Source: Candidatus Methylomirabilis oxygeniifera
GTDB taxonomy: Bacteria; Methylomirabilota; Methylomirabilia; Methylomirabilales; Methylomirabilaceae
DNA length: 32,000 nt
Assembly: GCA_000091165.1 (NCBI GenBank)
Contig: FP565575.1
Location: 2,280,001-2,312,000, forward strand
Reading direction: 5' to 3'
Shown: piece by piece, positions 1 to 9,010 of the stretch
Layout: every line of letters begins with the position of its first letter
Numbering within the stretch: the first letter of the stretch is position 1
Program-made: the position numbers and the translations under genes
The notes under the pieces: model-generated
Databases searched by the model: none
What the model was told of the DNA's origin: nothing
Seen by the model: only the letters and a program-made list of their open reading frames with translations

Positions 1-155
1 TTCTAAGGTTTTTCCTTGACAGACTGGAGGCTAAGTTGTTAGCCTGTATGGCGCTCAGGCTATTCAAGGAATCCACCATATTGTAAGCTACGGGTATTAC
101 TTTTTCGCTTTCTCGACACACAGAGATGATCGTGAAAAGCTCAGCAGGACAGGTG

Positions 156-1034
156 ATGACGTTCCAGGAATTGATCCTCGCATTGCAGCGGTTTTATGCG
201 GAGCAGGGTTGCGTCATTCAGCAGCCGTACGACGTAGAAGTGGGCGCGGGGACGATGAATCCGGCGACCTTTCTGCGTGTACTCGGCCCTGAGCCGTGGA
301 ATGTCGCCTATGTCGAGTCGACCCGGCGCCCCGCTGATGGACGGTATGGGGAAAACCCGAATCGCCTCCAGCACTACTACCAGTACCAGGTCATCATGAA
401 GCCATCTCCTGACAACATTCAGGAGATCTACCTGGACAGCCTTCGGAGCCTTGGGATCGACCCGCTCAAGCACGATATCCGTTTCGTAGAGGACGACTGG
501 GAGTCGCCGACCCTTGGCGCCTGGGGTCTCGGTTGGGAGGTCTGGCTGGACGGCTTGGAGATTACCCAGTTCACTTACTTCCAGCAGGCTGGAGGCGTCG
601 ACCTGAAGCCGATCTCTGCAGAGTTGACCTATGGGATCGAGCGGATCGCCATGTTCCTGCAGGGAGTGGACAGCGTCTACGACCTGACGTGGGTCAAGGG
701 CGTGACCTACGGCGATATCCATCATAAGAGTGAGGTGGAGTGGTCGATCCACAACTTTGAGGAAGCCGATGTGGCGCTTCAGTTTCAGCTTTTCGACCAG
801 TATGAACGGGAAGGACTCCGCCTGATCGAGAAAGGACTGGTGCTGCCGGCATACGACTACTGCCTCAAGTCCTCTCACACGTTTAACCTCCTGGACGCCA
901 GAGGCGCCATAGGTGTCACTGAGCGGACCAGTTTCATCGGTCGCGTCAGAAACCTCGCTCGCCGCTGCGCGGAAGCCTATCTGAAGCAGCGTGAGGAGGT
1001 CGGCTTCCCACTCATGAAGGCGTGGCAGCCCTAA
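156..1034 (+). CDS. glyQ: Glycine--tRNA ligase alpha subunit
   Basis: ORF 126..1034. The translation shows the conserved GlyQ core ([56 protein letters not shown]). Start is placed at ATG 156, where GlyQ proteins usually begin; ATG 126 is also possible. glyS follows directly. Confidence 0.95.
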   Translation: MTFQELILALQRFYAEQGCVIQQPYDVEVGAGTMNPATFLRVLGPEPWNVAYVESTRRPADGRYGENPNRLQHYYQYQVIMKPSPDNIQEIYLDSLRSLGIDPLKHDIRFVEDDWESPTLGAWGLGWEVWLDGLEITQFTYFQQAGGVDLKPISAELTYGIERIAMFLQGVDSVYDLTWVKGVTYGDIHHKSEVEWSIHNFEEADVALQFQLFDQYEREGLRLIEKGLVLPAYDYCLKSSHTFNLLDARGAIGVTERTSFIGRVRNLARRCAEAYLKQREEVGFPLMKAWQP

Positions 1035-1058
1035 CCGCATGATGCAGGATAATTCTTG

Positions 1059-3128
1059 ATGACCCAAGACCTGTTGTTTGAGATCGGTATCGAGGAGATC
1101 CCTTCCGGTTACCTGACGCCGGCGTTGAAGGATCTGGCGACACAGGCGCGTCGCCTGTTCGAAGAGCACCGCATCGCCTTTACCGGCGTGCGCACATTCG
1201 GTACGCCTCGGCGCCTCACCCTGCATGTGGAGCGGCTGGACCAGAATCAAGGCGATCTGGTTCGCGAGGTGGTTGGGCCATCCAGAGCGGCCGCGTTCGA
1301 TCAGGAAGGCCGTCCGACCAAGGCTGCGCTTGGCTTCGCAAGGGGACAGGGCGTCCCGGTGGAGCAGCTCCGCGTGAAGACACTTGATCGGGGAGAGTAT
1401 GTTGTGGCTGCCATCGTCGAGCAGGGCGCGCGTCTGGACGAGATCCTGCCGGTTGTCCTGCCCCGTCTGATCACCTCGCTCTCCTTCCCGAAGTCGATGC
1501 GATGGGGACAAGGTGCGTTTCGGTTTGTCCGTCCGATCCGGTGGCTCGTTGCCCTGTACAGTGGCCGGGTGATTCCCTTTGAAATTGACGGGGTCATAAG
1601 CGGGAATAAGACGTGCGGCCATCGATTCCTGAGCCGAGGCCAGATCCGTGTTAGAAACTTCCAGGATTATATCGAAAAGCTGGAGGAGCGGTATGTCATC
1701 GTCAACCAGCACCGTCGCCGCGAGCTGGTGACACGGTTGGCCAAGGAGGCCGCAGCCAAAGTCGGCGGGAAGCCCGTGTTTGACGATGAGTTGGTGGAGA
1801 TGGTGGCCAGTCTGGTGGAATACCCTACCGCGGTGTGCGGTGGCTTCGAACAGGAGTATCTCAGCTTACCGCGTGAGGTGATCATGACGCCCATGCGGAA
1901 GCACCAGCGCTACTTCCCGGTGACGGACGATGCCGGCAAGCTCCTCCCCTATTTCGTGACAATCTCCAACATGAAGGCAAAGGATATGGGCCTGATTCGT
2001 GCCGGCAACGAACGGGTCCTCAGGGCACGATTGAAGGATGCAGCCTTCTTTTTTACGGAGGATCGCAGACTCGAGCTTCACGAGCGAGTTCCTCAACTGA
2101 GAGGGATTACCTTTCAGGAGCGACTTGGCACCATGCTCGAAAAGGTCGGTCGGCTGACGGAACTGACCGCCTACCTGGCCGAGCAGGTTGCCCCGCACCT
2201 TGCGCATGATGCCTGTCAGGCGGCTCAGTTGTGCAAGGCCGACCTCGTGACCACGATGGTCAAGGAGTTCCCGAGCCTGCAAGGGGTCATGGGCCGTGAA
2301 TATGCGCAGCTCTCCGGGGAACCTGCCGTTGTGGCCCAGGCGATTGAGGAACACTATCTCCCTCGTTTTTCCGGCGACAGGCTCCCGGAATCACTGGTTG
2401 GCGCCCTTGTGGGTATCGCCGATCGGCTCGACACCATCTGCGGCTGCTTCGGCATCGGACTCATCCCGACCGGATCGGAAGATCCGTACGCCCTCCGGCG
2501 ACACGCGCAAGGGATCATACAGATCCTTCTCAATGCAGGTATCGATCTGCCACTCTCACAGCCGATATACAAGAGCTTGGATCTCCTCAGTGATCGCGTG
2601 ACGCTCCCGCGTGAGCGTGTCGCACAAGAGGTTATGGAGTTTCTGGCGGCCAGACTCCAGGCGATCCTGATGGAACGGGGTGTACCCGGCGATCTCGTCG
2701 AGGCTGCCCTCTCCGTCGATGCAGAACGGGTCTCAGATGCCGGTAAACGCGCCGAGGCCCTGGCCACCTTCAGACGAGAGGCCGATTTTACAGAATTGGC
2801 GGCCGCCTTCAAGCGGGTTATCAGGATCCTGCCCAAGGACTTCTCGAAGCCGGTCGATCCACGGCGATTCGTCAGCAGCGCCGAGCGGGCGCTTCATGGC
2901 GAAGCAGCCACATTGCGGGCCGAAACGGAACCCCTTATGCAATCGGGCGACTATGTGCGCGCTCTGCAGCTCATCGCCGCGATCCGCCCTATTGTGGATA
3001 TGTTCTTCGAAGAGGTTCTGGTGATGGTGGAGGATCGGGACCTGCAGGACAACCGTTTGGCCATTCTGAAGGAGGTTGCAGACCTGTTTTGCGGGATTGC
3101 GAATTTCAGCAAGATTATGGCTTCGTAA
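1059..3128 (+). CDS. glyS: Glycine--tRNA ligase beta subunit
   Basis: 690-codon ORF 1056..3128, with the ATG at 1059. It has a typical GlyS N-terminus (QDLLFEIGIEEIPSGYL) and internal blocks (FGTPRRL, MRWG, AGNERVLRARL.DA.FF), and sits 25 nt after glyQ as in glyQS operons. Confidence 0.95.
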   Translation: MTQDLLFEIGIEEIPSGYLTPALKDLATQARRLFEEHRIAFTGVRTFGTPRRLTLHVERLDQNQGDLVREVVGPSRAAAFDQEGRPTKAALGFARGQGVPVEQLRVKTLDRGEYVVAAIVEQGARLDEILPVVLPRLITSLSFPKSMRWGQGAFRFVRPIRWLVALYSGRVIPFEIDGVISGNKTCGHRFLSRGQIRVRNFQDYIEKLEERYVIVNQHRRRELVTRLAKEAAAKVGGKPVFDDELVEMVASLVEYPTAVCGGFEQEYLSLPREVIMTPMRKHQRYFPVTDDAGKLLPYFVTISNMKAKDMGLIRAGNERVLRARLKDAAFFFTEDRRLELHERVPQLRGITFQERLGTMLEKVGRLTELTAYLAEQVAPHLAHDACQAAQLCKADLVTTMVKEFPSLQGVMGREYAQLSGEPAVVAQAIEEHYLPRFSGDRLPESLVGALVGIADRLDTICGCFGIGLIPTGSEDPYALRRHAQGIIQILLNAGIDLPLSQPIYKSLDLLSDRVTLPRERVAQEVMEFLAARLQAILMERGVPGDLVEAALSVDAERVSDAGKRAEALATFRREADFTELAAAFKRVIRILPKDFSKPVDPRRFVSSAERALHGEAATLRAETEPLMQSGDYVRALQLIAAIRPIVDMFFEEVLVMVEDRDLQDNRLAILKEVADLFCGIANFSKIMAS

Positions 3129-3146
3129 GCCTTTAGCCCTCAACGC

Positions 3147-3176
3147 GTTCGTTGCGTTTATTGGGTTCGTTGCGTT
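3147..3176. repeat. Direct 12-nt repeat GTTCGTTGCGTT, two copies (3147..3158 and 3165..3176)
   Basis: Read directly from the sequence in the glyS-PRT spacer. Confidence 0.8.
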
Positions 3177-3192
3177 CGGCGTATTGTGATCT

Positions 3193-3226
3193 TCGCTGCA
3201 CGCTATACGCTATACGCTGCACGCTC
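3193..3226. repeat. Heptanucleotide tandem repeat, about 5 units (TCGCTGC ACGCTAT ACGCTAT ACGCTGC ACGCTC)
   Basis: Read directly. Strict 7-nt register, ending 16 nt before the ATG at 3243. Confidence 0.9.
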
Positions 3227-3242
3227 ATTGTGAGGGGTATTG

Positions 3243-3893
3243 ATGAACGCAGAGATCTTGGAGCGGATCAACCGGGGTATCATCCTCAGGACCGGGGCGT
3301 ATCTGACAAACGATCACTTCGTCCTGCCCTCCGGTCGCCACACCCAGGAGTATGTGGAGAAGGCGTTGGCCACCACCGAGCCGGCCTTTACGGAAGGGCT
3401 GGGAGACGTGATTGCAAAACATTTCGCGGAAGAGCCGATCGATCTGATCCTGACTACCGGCTACGGTGCCTCGCTGCTGGGCCATTGTGTGGCGCGCGCC
3501 CATCCGTTGCGACCTCGCTTCATCTATGCCAACAAGCAACGCAACGACTCCGGCGTCAGTCAGGTCACGCTTCCGAGGGAATTCCGACAGTATTTTGTCG
3601 GCAACCCCAGGGTGCTGATCGTCGAAGACATTATGACCACCGGTGAGACGGTCAAGGGGCTCATTAAGCTCGTCAAATCATTGGGCGGAACGGTGAGCGG
3701 GATCGGGACGCTCTGGCGACGAATGCGAAAAGTGAATTTCAAATTCCCCTTTTTTACGCTGGTCGATCGGGAATTCCCCACATACACCCCGAAGGACTGC
3801 CCGATGTGTCGCAGAGGGATGCCGATCAATCAGGAGTTTCTAACAGTGCCCAGCCGGCAGAAGTCTCGTCGAGTCAGGGCTGGGGCTCGCTGA
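3243..3893 (+). CDS. Type I phosphoribosyltransferase family protein (orotate-PRT-like)
   Basis: ORF 3240..3893, ATG at 3243. It has the PRPP-binding loop VLIVEDIMTTGETV and a C-terminal CPMC motif. Substrate is not assignable by eye. Confidence 0.75.
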   Translation: MNAEILERINRGIILRTGAYLTNDHFVLPSGRHTQEYVEKALATTEPAFTEGLGDVIAKHFAEEPIDLILTTGYGASLLGHCVARAHPLRPRFIYANKQRNDSGVSQVTLPREFRQYFVGNPRVLIVEDIMTTGETVKGLIKLVKSLGGTVSGIGTLWRRMRKVNFKFPFFTLVDREFPTYTPKDCPMCRRGMPINQEFLTVPSRQKSRRVRAGAR

Positions 3894-4021
3894 CGGTCGT
3901 GCCCAGAACCCGCAATGCTGCCAGGCGCTTTCCGACCGTGGAAACCGCGACCGTCGAGTGGGACGAGTGCCGCCCCTCCGGAGAAGGACCTCCGACAGAA
4001 GGCGGCGCCTTCTCACATTCA

Positions 4022-4324
4022 ATGCAAGCGGCAGGCGGAGCATTCGAGCCCTTGCTTCCCTGTTCAAACCTCGACTGTCAAGACGGCGGGTTCGAGATCC
4101 TGGAAGCACTGGAATGGATGATCAGCAACCGGCGCACGGAGAAGACCGGGCTACTGGTCTGTATCGGGTGGGAACGTACAAAGGGCAGGCAGACAGAACC
4201 ATCGCCATGTACGCGGGCGATCAGCTATCAAATCAAACTGATCTATCGGAAGATCGACCGTGCCAGGACCCAACCAAAAAGAACGCACAAGGATAAAGAT
4301 GTGGTGAGGATACATGAGGCATAA
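4022..4324 (+). CDS. Hypothetical small protein (uncertain)
   Basis: Internal ATG of ORF 3806..4324 (MQAAGGAFEPLLPCSNLDCQDGGFEILEALEWM...). No recognisable family; kept only because the frame stays open in a gene-free gap. Confidence 0.25.
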   Translation: MQAAGGAFEPLLPCSNLDCQDGGFEILEALEWMISNRRTEKTGLLVCIGWERTKGRQTEPSPCTRAISYQIKLIYRKIDRARTQPKRTHKDKDVVRIHEA

Positions 4325-4358
4325 CGTCCACGTCACTCGCACCCAAGAGGAGACCTGT

Positions 4359-5087
4359 ATGATCAGCGGATTGAGGCGGATACCGGCGTATATCTGGCTG
4401 GCTATGTTCGCAATCCTGTCACCTGCCATATCATGGGCTGAGATCCTCCCTCAAGAGGCAGTGACGCTGGGGCGAGAGACTGAACTCATTGCGGTCCGCA
4501 CCCTCGCTTTCGCCGGCACAGAGGGCCCACCGGCAGCGGCAAGCGGGCAAAAACCAACCTTCCACCCCGAAGAAGGATTCCAATCGGGAACGTGGCATTT
4601 GGGCGTCAAGACCGGCGGTACCGACACTGTCAAGATTTTTGCGGGTAGGCACCCCGATGTTCAATTTGTCCCGGTCTTCTTCCAGATCGGCTATACGGTC
4701 ACCGATGTCCATGGCCCGTTCCCGGTTCGCGGGAGCCTGGAAGTCATCTTTGAGCCGACCCTCCTCATCACAACAAACCCGGAAACAGAGGTTGGAGGGG
4801 GCGCAAGCCTCCTCTTCCGCTATAATTTCGTAACGGGCACTCGGTGGGTGCCGTTCTTCGAGGTCGGCATCGGTATCCTCGACGCGGATCTGAACGTCCC
4901 ACGGGACCTCAACAGCCGGCTCAACTTTACCATTCTGGGCGGACCTGGAATCAATTACTTCCTGACCGATAACCTGGCTATTCTGGGACAAGTTGGTTTA
5001 CACCATATCTCGAATGCCGGCCGCAAAAGCCCGAACGTCGGCGTCAATTCGGTCATGGGTCTGCTGGGGGTCTCGTACTATTTCTAG
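4359..5087 (+). CDS. Outer-membrane beta-barrel protein, acyloxyacyl hydrolase / PagL-like lipid A deacylase family
   Basis: ORF 4314..5087. ATG 4359 is preceded by AAGAGGAG and encodes a signal peptide (LAMFAILSPAISWA). The protein ends in an OMP-type terminal Phe (GVSYYF) and has a HHISNAG (H-x-S-N) motif like the PagL catalytic pair. Confidence 0.6.
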   Translation: MISGLRRIPAYIWLAMFAILSPAISWAEILPQEAVTLGRETELIAVRTLAFAGTEGPPAAASGQKPTFHPEEGFQSGTWHLGVKTGGTDTVKIFAGRHPDVQFVPVFFQIGYTVTDVHGPFPVRGSLEVIFEPTLLITTNPETEVGGGASLLFRYNFVTGTRWVPFFEVGIGILDADLNVPRDLNSRLNFTILGGPGINYFLTDNLAILGQVGLHHISNAGRKSPNVGVNSVMGLLGVSYYF

Positions 5088-5091
5088 AACA

Positions 5092-5142
5092 AGCTCTCAG
5101 CAGTCAGCTAGACATCAGAAAAGCTGAGAGCTGGCTGCTGAG
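5092..5142. repeat. CAGC-rich interrupted palindrome between convergent genes
   Basis: AGCTCTCAGCAGTCAGC (5092..5108) is complementary to GCTGAGAGCT / GCTGGCTGCTGAG (5123..5142), giving two alternative pairings. There is no T-run. Confidence 0.7.
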
Positions 5143-5157
5143 CGATTCCCCCACGCG

Positions 5158-5529
5158 TTACTCTTTGCTGCCGCCGCGAACCCATTTGTTTGGTGTGCCG
5201 TCAAGAGGAGAGCTCTCGTCCGGTCGCCAGAGCACCGACTGCTCGATCTGCCTGGCAAGGGTAAAGTCCTTTTCGGTGATCCCACCGGCGGCGTGGGTCC
5301 TCAGCTTCACCCAGACCTTGCCCCATGTGACCTCCAGGTCCGGGTGATGCCAAGCGGCCTCGGCCAGGTAGGCAATCGTGTTGACCAACATCAGAGTGGT
5401 CGGCCAGCCGTCGGTGTTGAATTTTCTCCTGATCCATCGCCCCTCCAGATACCACCCCGGCAGCTCTTGCTTCAGGCGTTCGGCCACTTCCTCGTCCGGA
5501 AGGGCCGGATACTCTTTGGCTGTTGACAT
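5158..5529 (-). CDS. Pterin-4-alpha-carbinolamine dehydratase (PCD/DCoH family)
   Basis: 123-aa ORF with the PCD signature region (AEAAWHHPDLEVTWGKVWVKLRTH, GGITEKDFTLA). Confidence 0.85.
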   Translation of the reverse strand: MSTAKEYPALPDEEVAERLKQELPGWYLEGRWIRRKFNTDGWPTTLMLVNTIAYLAEAAWHHPDLEVTWGKVWVKLRTHAAGGITEKDFTLARQIEQSVLWRPDESSPLDGTPNKWVRGGSKE

Positions 5530-5682
5530 GGCCTCGCTCCTTTTTCCTCAATCAATGACGTGCTCGCCTCTTATTCGAAATGTACGGTAGGAATTTACAT
5601 CGGGCAAGCGAATTCTGAGGCCGGGATCGGGTCGACAATTGATGAGCAGGAGGACGTCTCTCCGGGATGGTAATCCCCCACG

Positions 5683-5729
5683 AAAAGAAAAACGCCCCAG
5701 CGATAGGATGCTGAGGCGTCCGCTTTTTT
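5683..5729. terminator. Bidirectional intrinsic terminator-like hairpin
   Basis: ACGCCCCAGC (5692..5701) pairs with GCTGAGGCGT (5710..5719) at 9 of 10 positions. It is flanked by an A-run (5683..5691) and a T-run (5724..5729), and lies about 45 nt downstream of the glpX stop on the minus strand. Confidence 0.6.
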
Positions 5730-5766
5730 GTTATGTGCGTCTGAGCGGGCCTGGAACTACCCTCTC

Positions 5767-6780
5767 CTAATGGTGTATCTGCTTATGCTTTACACCTTCG
5801 TAGCGGGTTCCGGCGATCTCTTTGAGGCGTTTCAGATCGTGCCTTGCCTCCATCCATCGTATCCCTCCGGAGACCGAGCGCATCATGAGGGAGGTTGTTC
5901 GCGCGTAACCTCCAGTATAGCGAACCCCTCGGAGCAACTCGCCGTCCGTGATACCCGTGATAGCCACGAACACATTGCTTCCCTTACAGAGGTCATCGGC
6001 AGTTAAGATGCGATCCAAATCGTGACCCTCCGCCTCGAGGATCTGCCGTTCTTGTTCATCTCTCGGCCAGAACCTGCATTGCATCTGACCGCCAAGACAC
6101 TTCAACGCGCAGGCAATGAGTACCGCCTCCGGAGAACCCCCGGTTCCCATAAGCACATCGATCCCCGTGTCTTCCTCCATTGCCGCCATCACGCCTGGGG
6201 CAACGTCCCCCTCACTGATCAGTTTGATCCGGGCTCCAGCCTCTTTCACCTCTTTAATGAGGCGCTCGTGGCGTGGTCGGTCAAGTATGACCACCGTCAG
6301 GTCATCAACCTCCCGGCCCTCAGCCTGAGCAATCCGTTGCAGATTCTCTTTGACGGGCGCGTTGATGTTGATGGCGCCGGCGGCCCGAGGCCCGACAACA
6401 ATCTTATCCATGTAGGCAAGCTGCGTGGAAAACAGCGTATTCCGATCGGCAAGCGCAGCCACAGAGATCGCGCCCGGTCGGCCGTTGGCGAGGAGCGTGA
6501 CCCCGTCAACCGGATCTACGGCGACATCAAGAGCCGGAGCGGAGCCTGTGCCGACCCGCTCTCCCACCTGCAGCAGGGAGGCCTGACCTTTCTGCTCCTC
6601 ACCAATCACCACCGTACCGTCGATCTCGAACGAGCTCAAGGCATAGCGCATCGCGTCAACGGCGGCCTGATCAGCGGCGTCACGGTCGCGTCTGCCCATC
6701 AGTCGAGCCGCCGCCAAAGCGGCAGCCTCTGTGACCCTGCTGAGCTCGAGAGCCAGGTTCCGATCCATTAGCTCGGTCAT
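5767..6780 (-). CDS. glpX: Fructose-1,6-/sedoheptulose-1,7-bisphosphatase, class II
   Basis: ORF 5767..6972. The true start is probably ATG 6780 (MTELMDRNLALEL..RVTEAAALAAA), preceded by GGGGAGGG. Typical GlpX blocks are present (LDVAVDPVDGVT, GTGGSPEAVLIACALKCLGG). Confidence 0.9.
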   Translation of the reverse strand: MTELMDRNLALELSRVTEAAALAAARLMGRRDRDAADQAAVDAMRYALSSFEIDGTVVIGEEQKGQASLLQVGERVGTGSAPALDVAVDPVDGVTLLANGRPGAISVAALADRNTLFSTQLAYMDKIVVGPRAAGAININAPVKENLQRIAQAEGREVDDLTVVILDRPRHERLIKEVKEAGARIKLISEGDVAPGVMAAMEEDTGIDVLMGTGGSPEAVLIACALKCLGGQMQCRFWPRDEQERQILEAEGHDLDRILTADDLCKGSNVFVAITGITDGELLRGVRYTGGYARTTSLMMRSVSGGIRWMEARHDLKRLKEIAGTRYEGVKHKQIHH

Positions 6781-6799
6781 AGTATGGTTTCCCTCCCCT

Positions 6800-6875
6800 G
6801 AAGAAGGGTGGAGGGTAGAGGGTTGAGATCTATTTTTCTTCTGGCCTTTACCCTTTACCCTAAACCCTATACCCT
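6800..6875 (-). repeat. Heptad-repeat spacer with complementary G-rich and C-rich arms (tkt-glpX intercistronic)
   Basis: The minus-sense RNA reads AGGGUAU AGGGUUU AGGGUAA AGGGUAA AGG, then about 21 nt, then ACCCUCU ACCCUCC ACCCUUC. This was read directly (plus-strand arms 6800..6828 and 6845..6875). Confidence 0.85.
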
Positions 6876-6880
6876 GTTTT

Positions 6881-8902
6881 TTATGCCAGGAGTTCCATGG
6901 CTCTGGATACGACATGCTCGGTCGTAAAGCCGAATTGCTGCAAGAGGACCTGATACGGGGCTGAGGCTCCAAAGCGTGTCATGCCGATCACCCCTCCGCG
7001 CAGACCGACGTAACGGTGCCAACCGTGAGGAGAGCCCGTCTCAATGGCCAGACGGGCGGTTACCGCCGGGGGAAGCACCTCGTCCCGATACGCCTCCGGC
7101 TGCCGATCAAATAGTTCCCAGCTCGGCATGCTGACAACGCGAGCCGGGATGCCTTGGTCGACCAGTCGTCCCCACGCCTCCAGGGCCAGGGACACCTCCG
7201 ACCCGGTCGCGATAAGAATGACGCGCGGATGACCCTGATCGGCATCGGCCAGGATATAGGCTCCCTTCAAAAGCAGTTCGGCAGGCGGGAATTTCGTCCG
7301 GTCGAGAGTCGGGAGCTTCTGCCTGGTCAGCGCCAGCACCACCGGTCCGCTACGGTGTTCCAGGGCGGCGCGCCAGGCGACCGCTGTTTCTGTTGCGTCG
7401 GCAGGGCGGATGACCGTAAGGTTGGGTATGGCCCGGAGCGACGACAAATGCTCAATCGGCTGGTGGGTAGGGCCATCTTCGCCCAAACCGATACTGTCAT
7501 GGGTAAAGACATAGATCACATGGATATGCGACAGCGCCGCCACCCGGATCGCGGGGCGCACGTAGTCGGAAAAGACGAGGAAGGTACCCCCATACGGGAT
7601 CACCCCCTGGTGCAGTGCCATACCGTTGAGAATCGAACCCATCGCGTGCTCTCGAACGCCAAAGTGAAAGTTCCGGCCCCCGGGGCTTGACCTCTGAAAG
7701 TCGCCGCCTCCCTTCAGGTAGGTATTGTTCGACGGGGTCAAGTCGGCTGAGCCGCCGATGAGGGTCGGCAGGGATGAGGCAATCGCATTGAGCACCTTGC
7801 CGGAGGCCTCACGGGTCGCGAGGCCTCCGCCGGCAGGGGTGAAGATCGGGATCTTCTCGGCCCAACCCTCGGGGAGCTGCCCACTCATCACCCTGTTCCA
7901 TTCGTTTGCGAGTTCGGGATACGCGGCAGCGTAGGCATCGAATTTGGTTTGCCACTCTGCTTCCCGGGTACGACCTCGCTGCAGGGCCTCTCGAAAGTGA
8001 GCCAGCGCCTCATCAGGGATATAGAACGTGGGCTCAAGCGGCCAGCCCAACGCCTCCTTGGTCAGTCGTATCTCCTCATCTCCCAGAGGCGACCCGTGGG
8101 CCTCCGACGTATCCTGCTTATTCGGGCTGCCATAGGCGATATGAGTCCTGGCCATGATGAGCGATGGGCGATCAGATTCGGCCTGAGCCGCACTGATCGC
8201 AGCCTCGATCCCCTTCACGTCGTTGCCGTCTACGCGCTGGACATGCCACCCGTAGGCCTCAAAGCGTTGTCCGACATTTTCAGTAAAGGCCATGTCGGTG
8301 CTGCCGTCAATGGTAATCCGGTTGTCGTCGTACAGGTAGATAAGCTTGCCCAAGCCAAGATGACCGGCAAGCGAGGCCGCCTCAGAGGTGATTCCTTCCA
8401 TAAGGTCGCCGTCGCTCACGATGGCATAGGTGTAGTGGTCAACAATCGGGTAACCCGATCGGTTGAAGTGATGTGCTAGAAATCGCTCGGCGATCGCCAT
8501 CCCGACGCCGTTGCCGAAACCCTGGCCAAGTGGACCGGTCGTCGTCTCCACGCCAGGTGTCATACCATGTTCCGAATGCCCTGGGGTTCGGCTACCCCAC
8601 TGGCGGAACTGCTTCAATTCATCAAGGGAGAGGTCGTAGCCGGTCAGATGAAGGAGACAATACAGCAGCATGCAACCATGACCAGGCGACAGAATAAATC
8701 GATCGCGATTCGGCCATGACGGATCGGTCGGATTATGGCTGAGCGCGCGCGTCCAAAGAGTGTAGGCCATGGCGGCGGCCCCCATCGGCAGCCCAGGATG
8801 CCCGGAGTTCGCCTTCTGAACCCCGTCCATAGCCAGCGTTCTAATGGTATTGATGCACAACTGGTCGAGCGTTTCCTGAACGTTTTTCACTGATCCCCCC
8901 AT
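6881..8902 (-). CDS. tkt: Transketolase
   Basis: 673-aa ORF with canonical Tkt motifs ([40 protein letters not shown]). Confidence 0.95.
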   Translation of the reverse strand: MGGSVKNVQETLDQLCINTIRTLAMDGVQKANSGHPGLPMGAAAMAYTLWTRALSHNPTDPSWPNRDRFILSPGHGCMLLYCLLHLTGYDLSLDELKQFRQWGSRTPGHSEHGMTPGVETTTGPLGQGFGNGVGMAIAERFLAHHFNRSGYPIVDHYTYAIVSDGDLMEGITSEAASLAGHLGLGKLIYLYDDNRITIDGSTDMAFTENVGQRFEAYGWHVQRVDGNDVKGIEAAISAAQAESDRPSLIMARTHIAYGSPNKQDTSEAHGSPLGDEEIRLTKEALGWPLEPTFYIPDEALAHFREALQRGRTREAEWQTKFDAYAAAYPELANEWNRVMSGQLPEGWAEKIPIFTPAGGGLATREASGKVLNAIASSLPTLIGGSADLTPSNNTYLKGGGDFQRSSPGGRNFHFGVREHAMGSILNGMALHQGVIPYGGTFLVFSDYVRPAIRVAALSHIHVIYVFTHDSIGLGEDGPTHQPIEHLSSLRAIPNLTVIRPADATETAVAWRAALEHRSGPVVLALTRQKLPTLDRTKFPPAELLLKGAYILADADQGHPRVILIATGSEVSLALEAWGRLVDQGIPARVVSMPSWELFDRQPEAYRDEVLPPAVTARLAIETGSPHGWHRYVGLRGGVIGMTRFGASAPYQVLLQQFGFTTEHVVSRAMELLA

Positions 8903-8905
8903 TTT

Positions 8906-9010
8906 TAGAGTGTAGGGGGTAGGGTGTAGGGTGTACCGATATCTCAGTTTCTTACCTTCACCCTCTACCCTATACCCTGTCTTTGCCTATACCTTCACCC
9001 CTCACCCTTA
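8906..9010 (-). repeat. Heptad-repeat spacer with complementary G-rich and C-rich arms (gap-tkt intercistronic)
   Basis: The minus-sense RNA reads GGGUGAGGGGUGAAGGUAUAGG...AGGGUAU AGGGUAG AGGGUGA AGG...ACACCCU ACACCCU ACCCCCU ACACUCU, followed by AAAA-AUG (tkt). Read directly. Confidence 0.85.

Noticed and set aside
16-45. TTGACA at 16..21 and the perfect hairpin AGGCTAA-GTTG-TTAGCCT (28..45) upstream of glyQ, considered as a promoter/operator or a T-box leader
   Set aside because: No acceptable -10 hexamer lies at the right spacing, and no T-box specifier or antiterminator motifs are seen. Only 125 nt of leader is visible, so no call is made.
141-1712. 523-aa minus-strand ORF covering glyQ and the start of glyS
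   Set aside because: It is antisense to two strongly conserved aminoacyl-tRNA synthetase genes. The translation is Arg/Leu/Pro-rich with no recognisable motif, which is the typical shadow ORF of GC-rich DNA.
3958-4296. 112-aa and 68-aa overlapping plus-strand ORFs and an 89-aa minus-strand ORF between the PRT and PagL-like genes
   Set aside because: These are Arg-rich alternative frames without RBS or motifs. Only the frame ending at 4324 was retained, and at low confidence.
6800-9010. Repeat tracts considered as a CRISPR array
   Set aside because: The units are 7 nt with no unique spacers, and no cas genes are present. They are micro-tandem repeats, not CRISPR.
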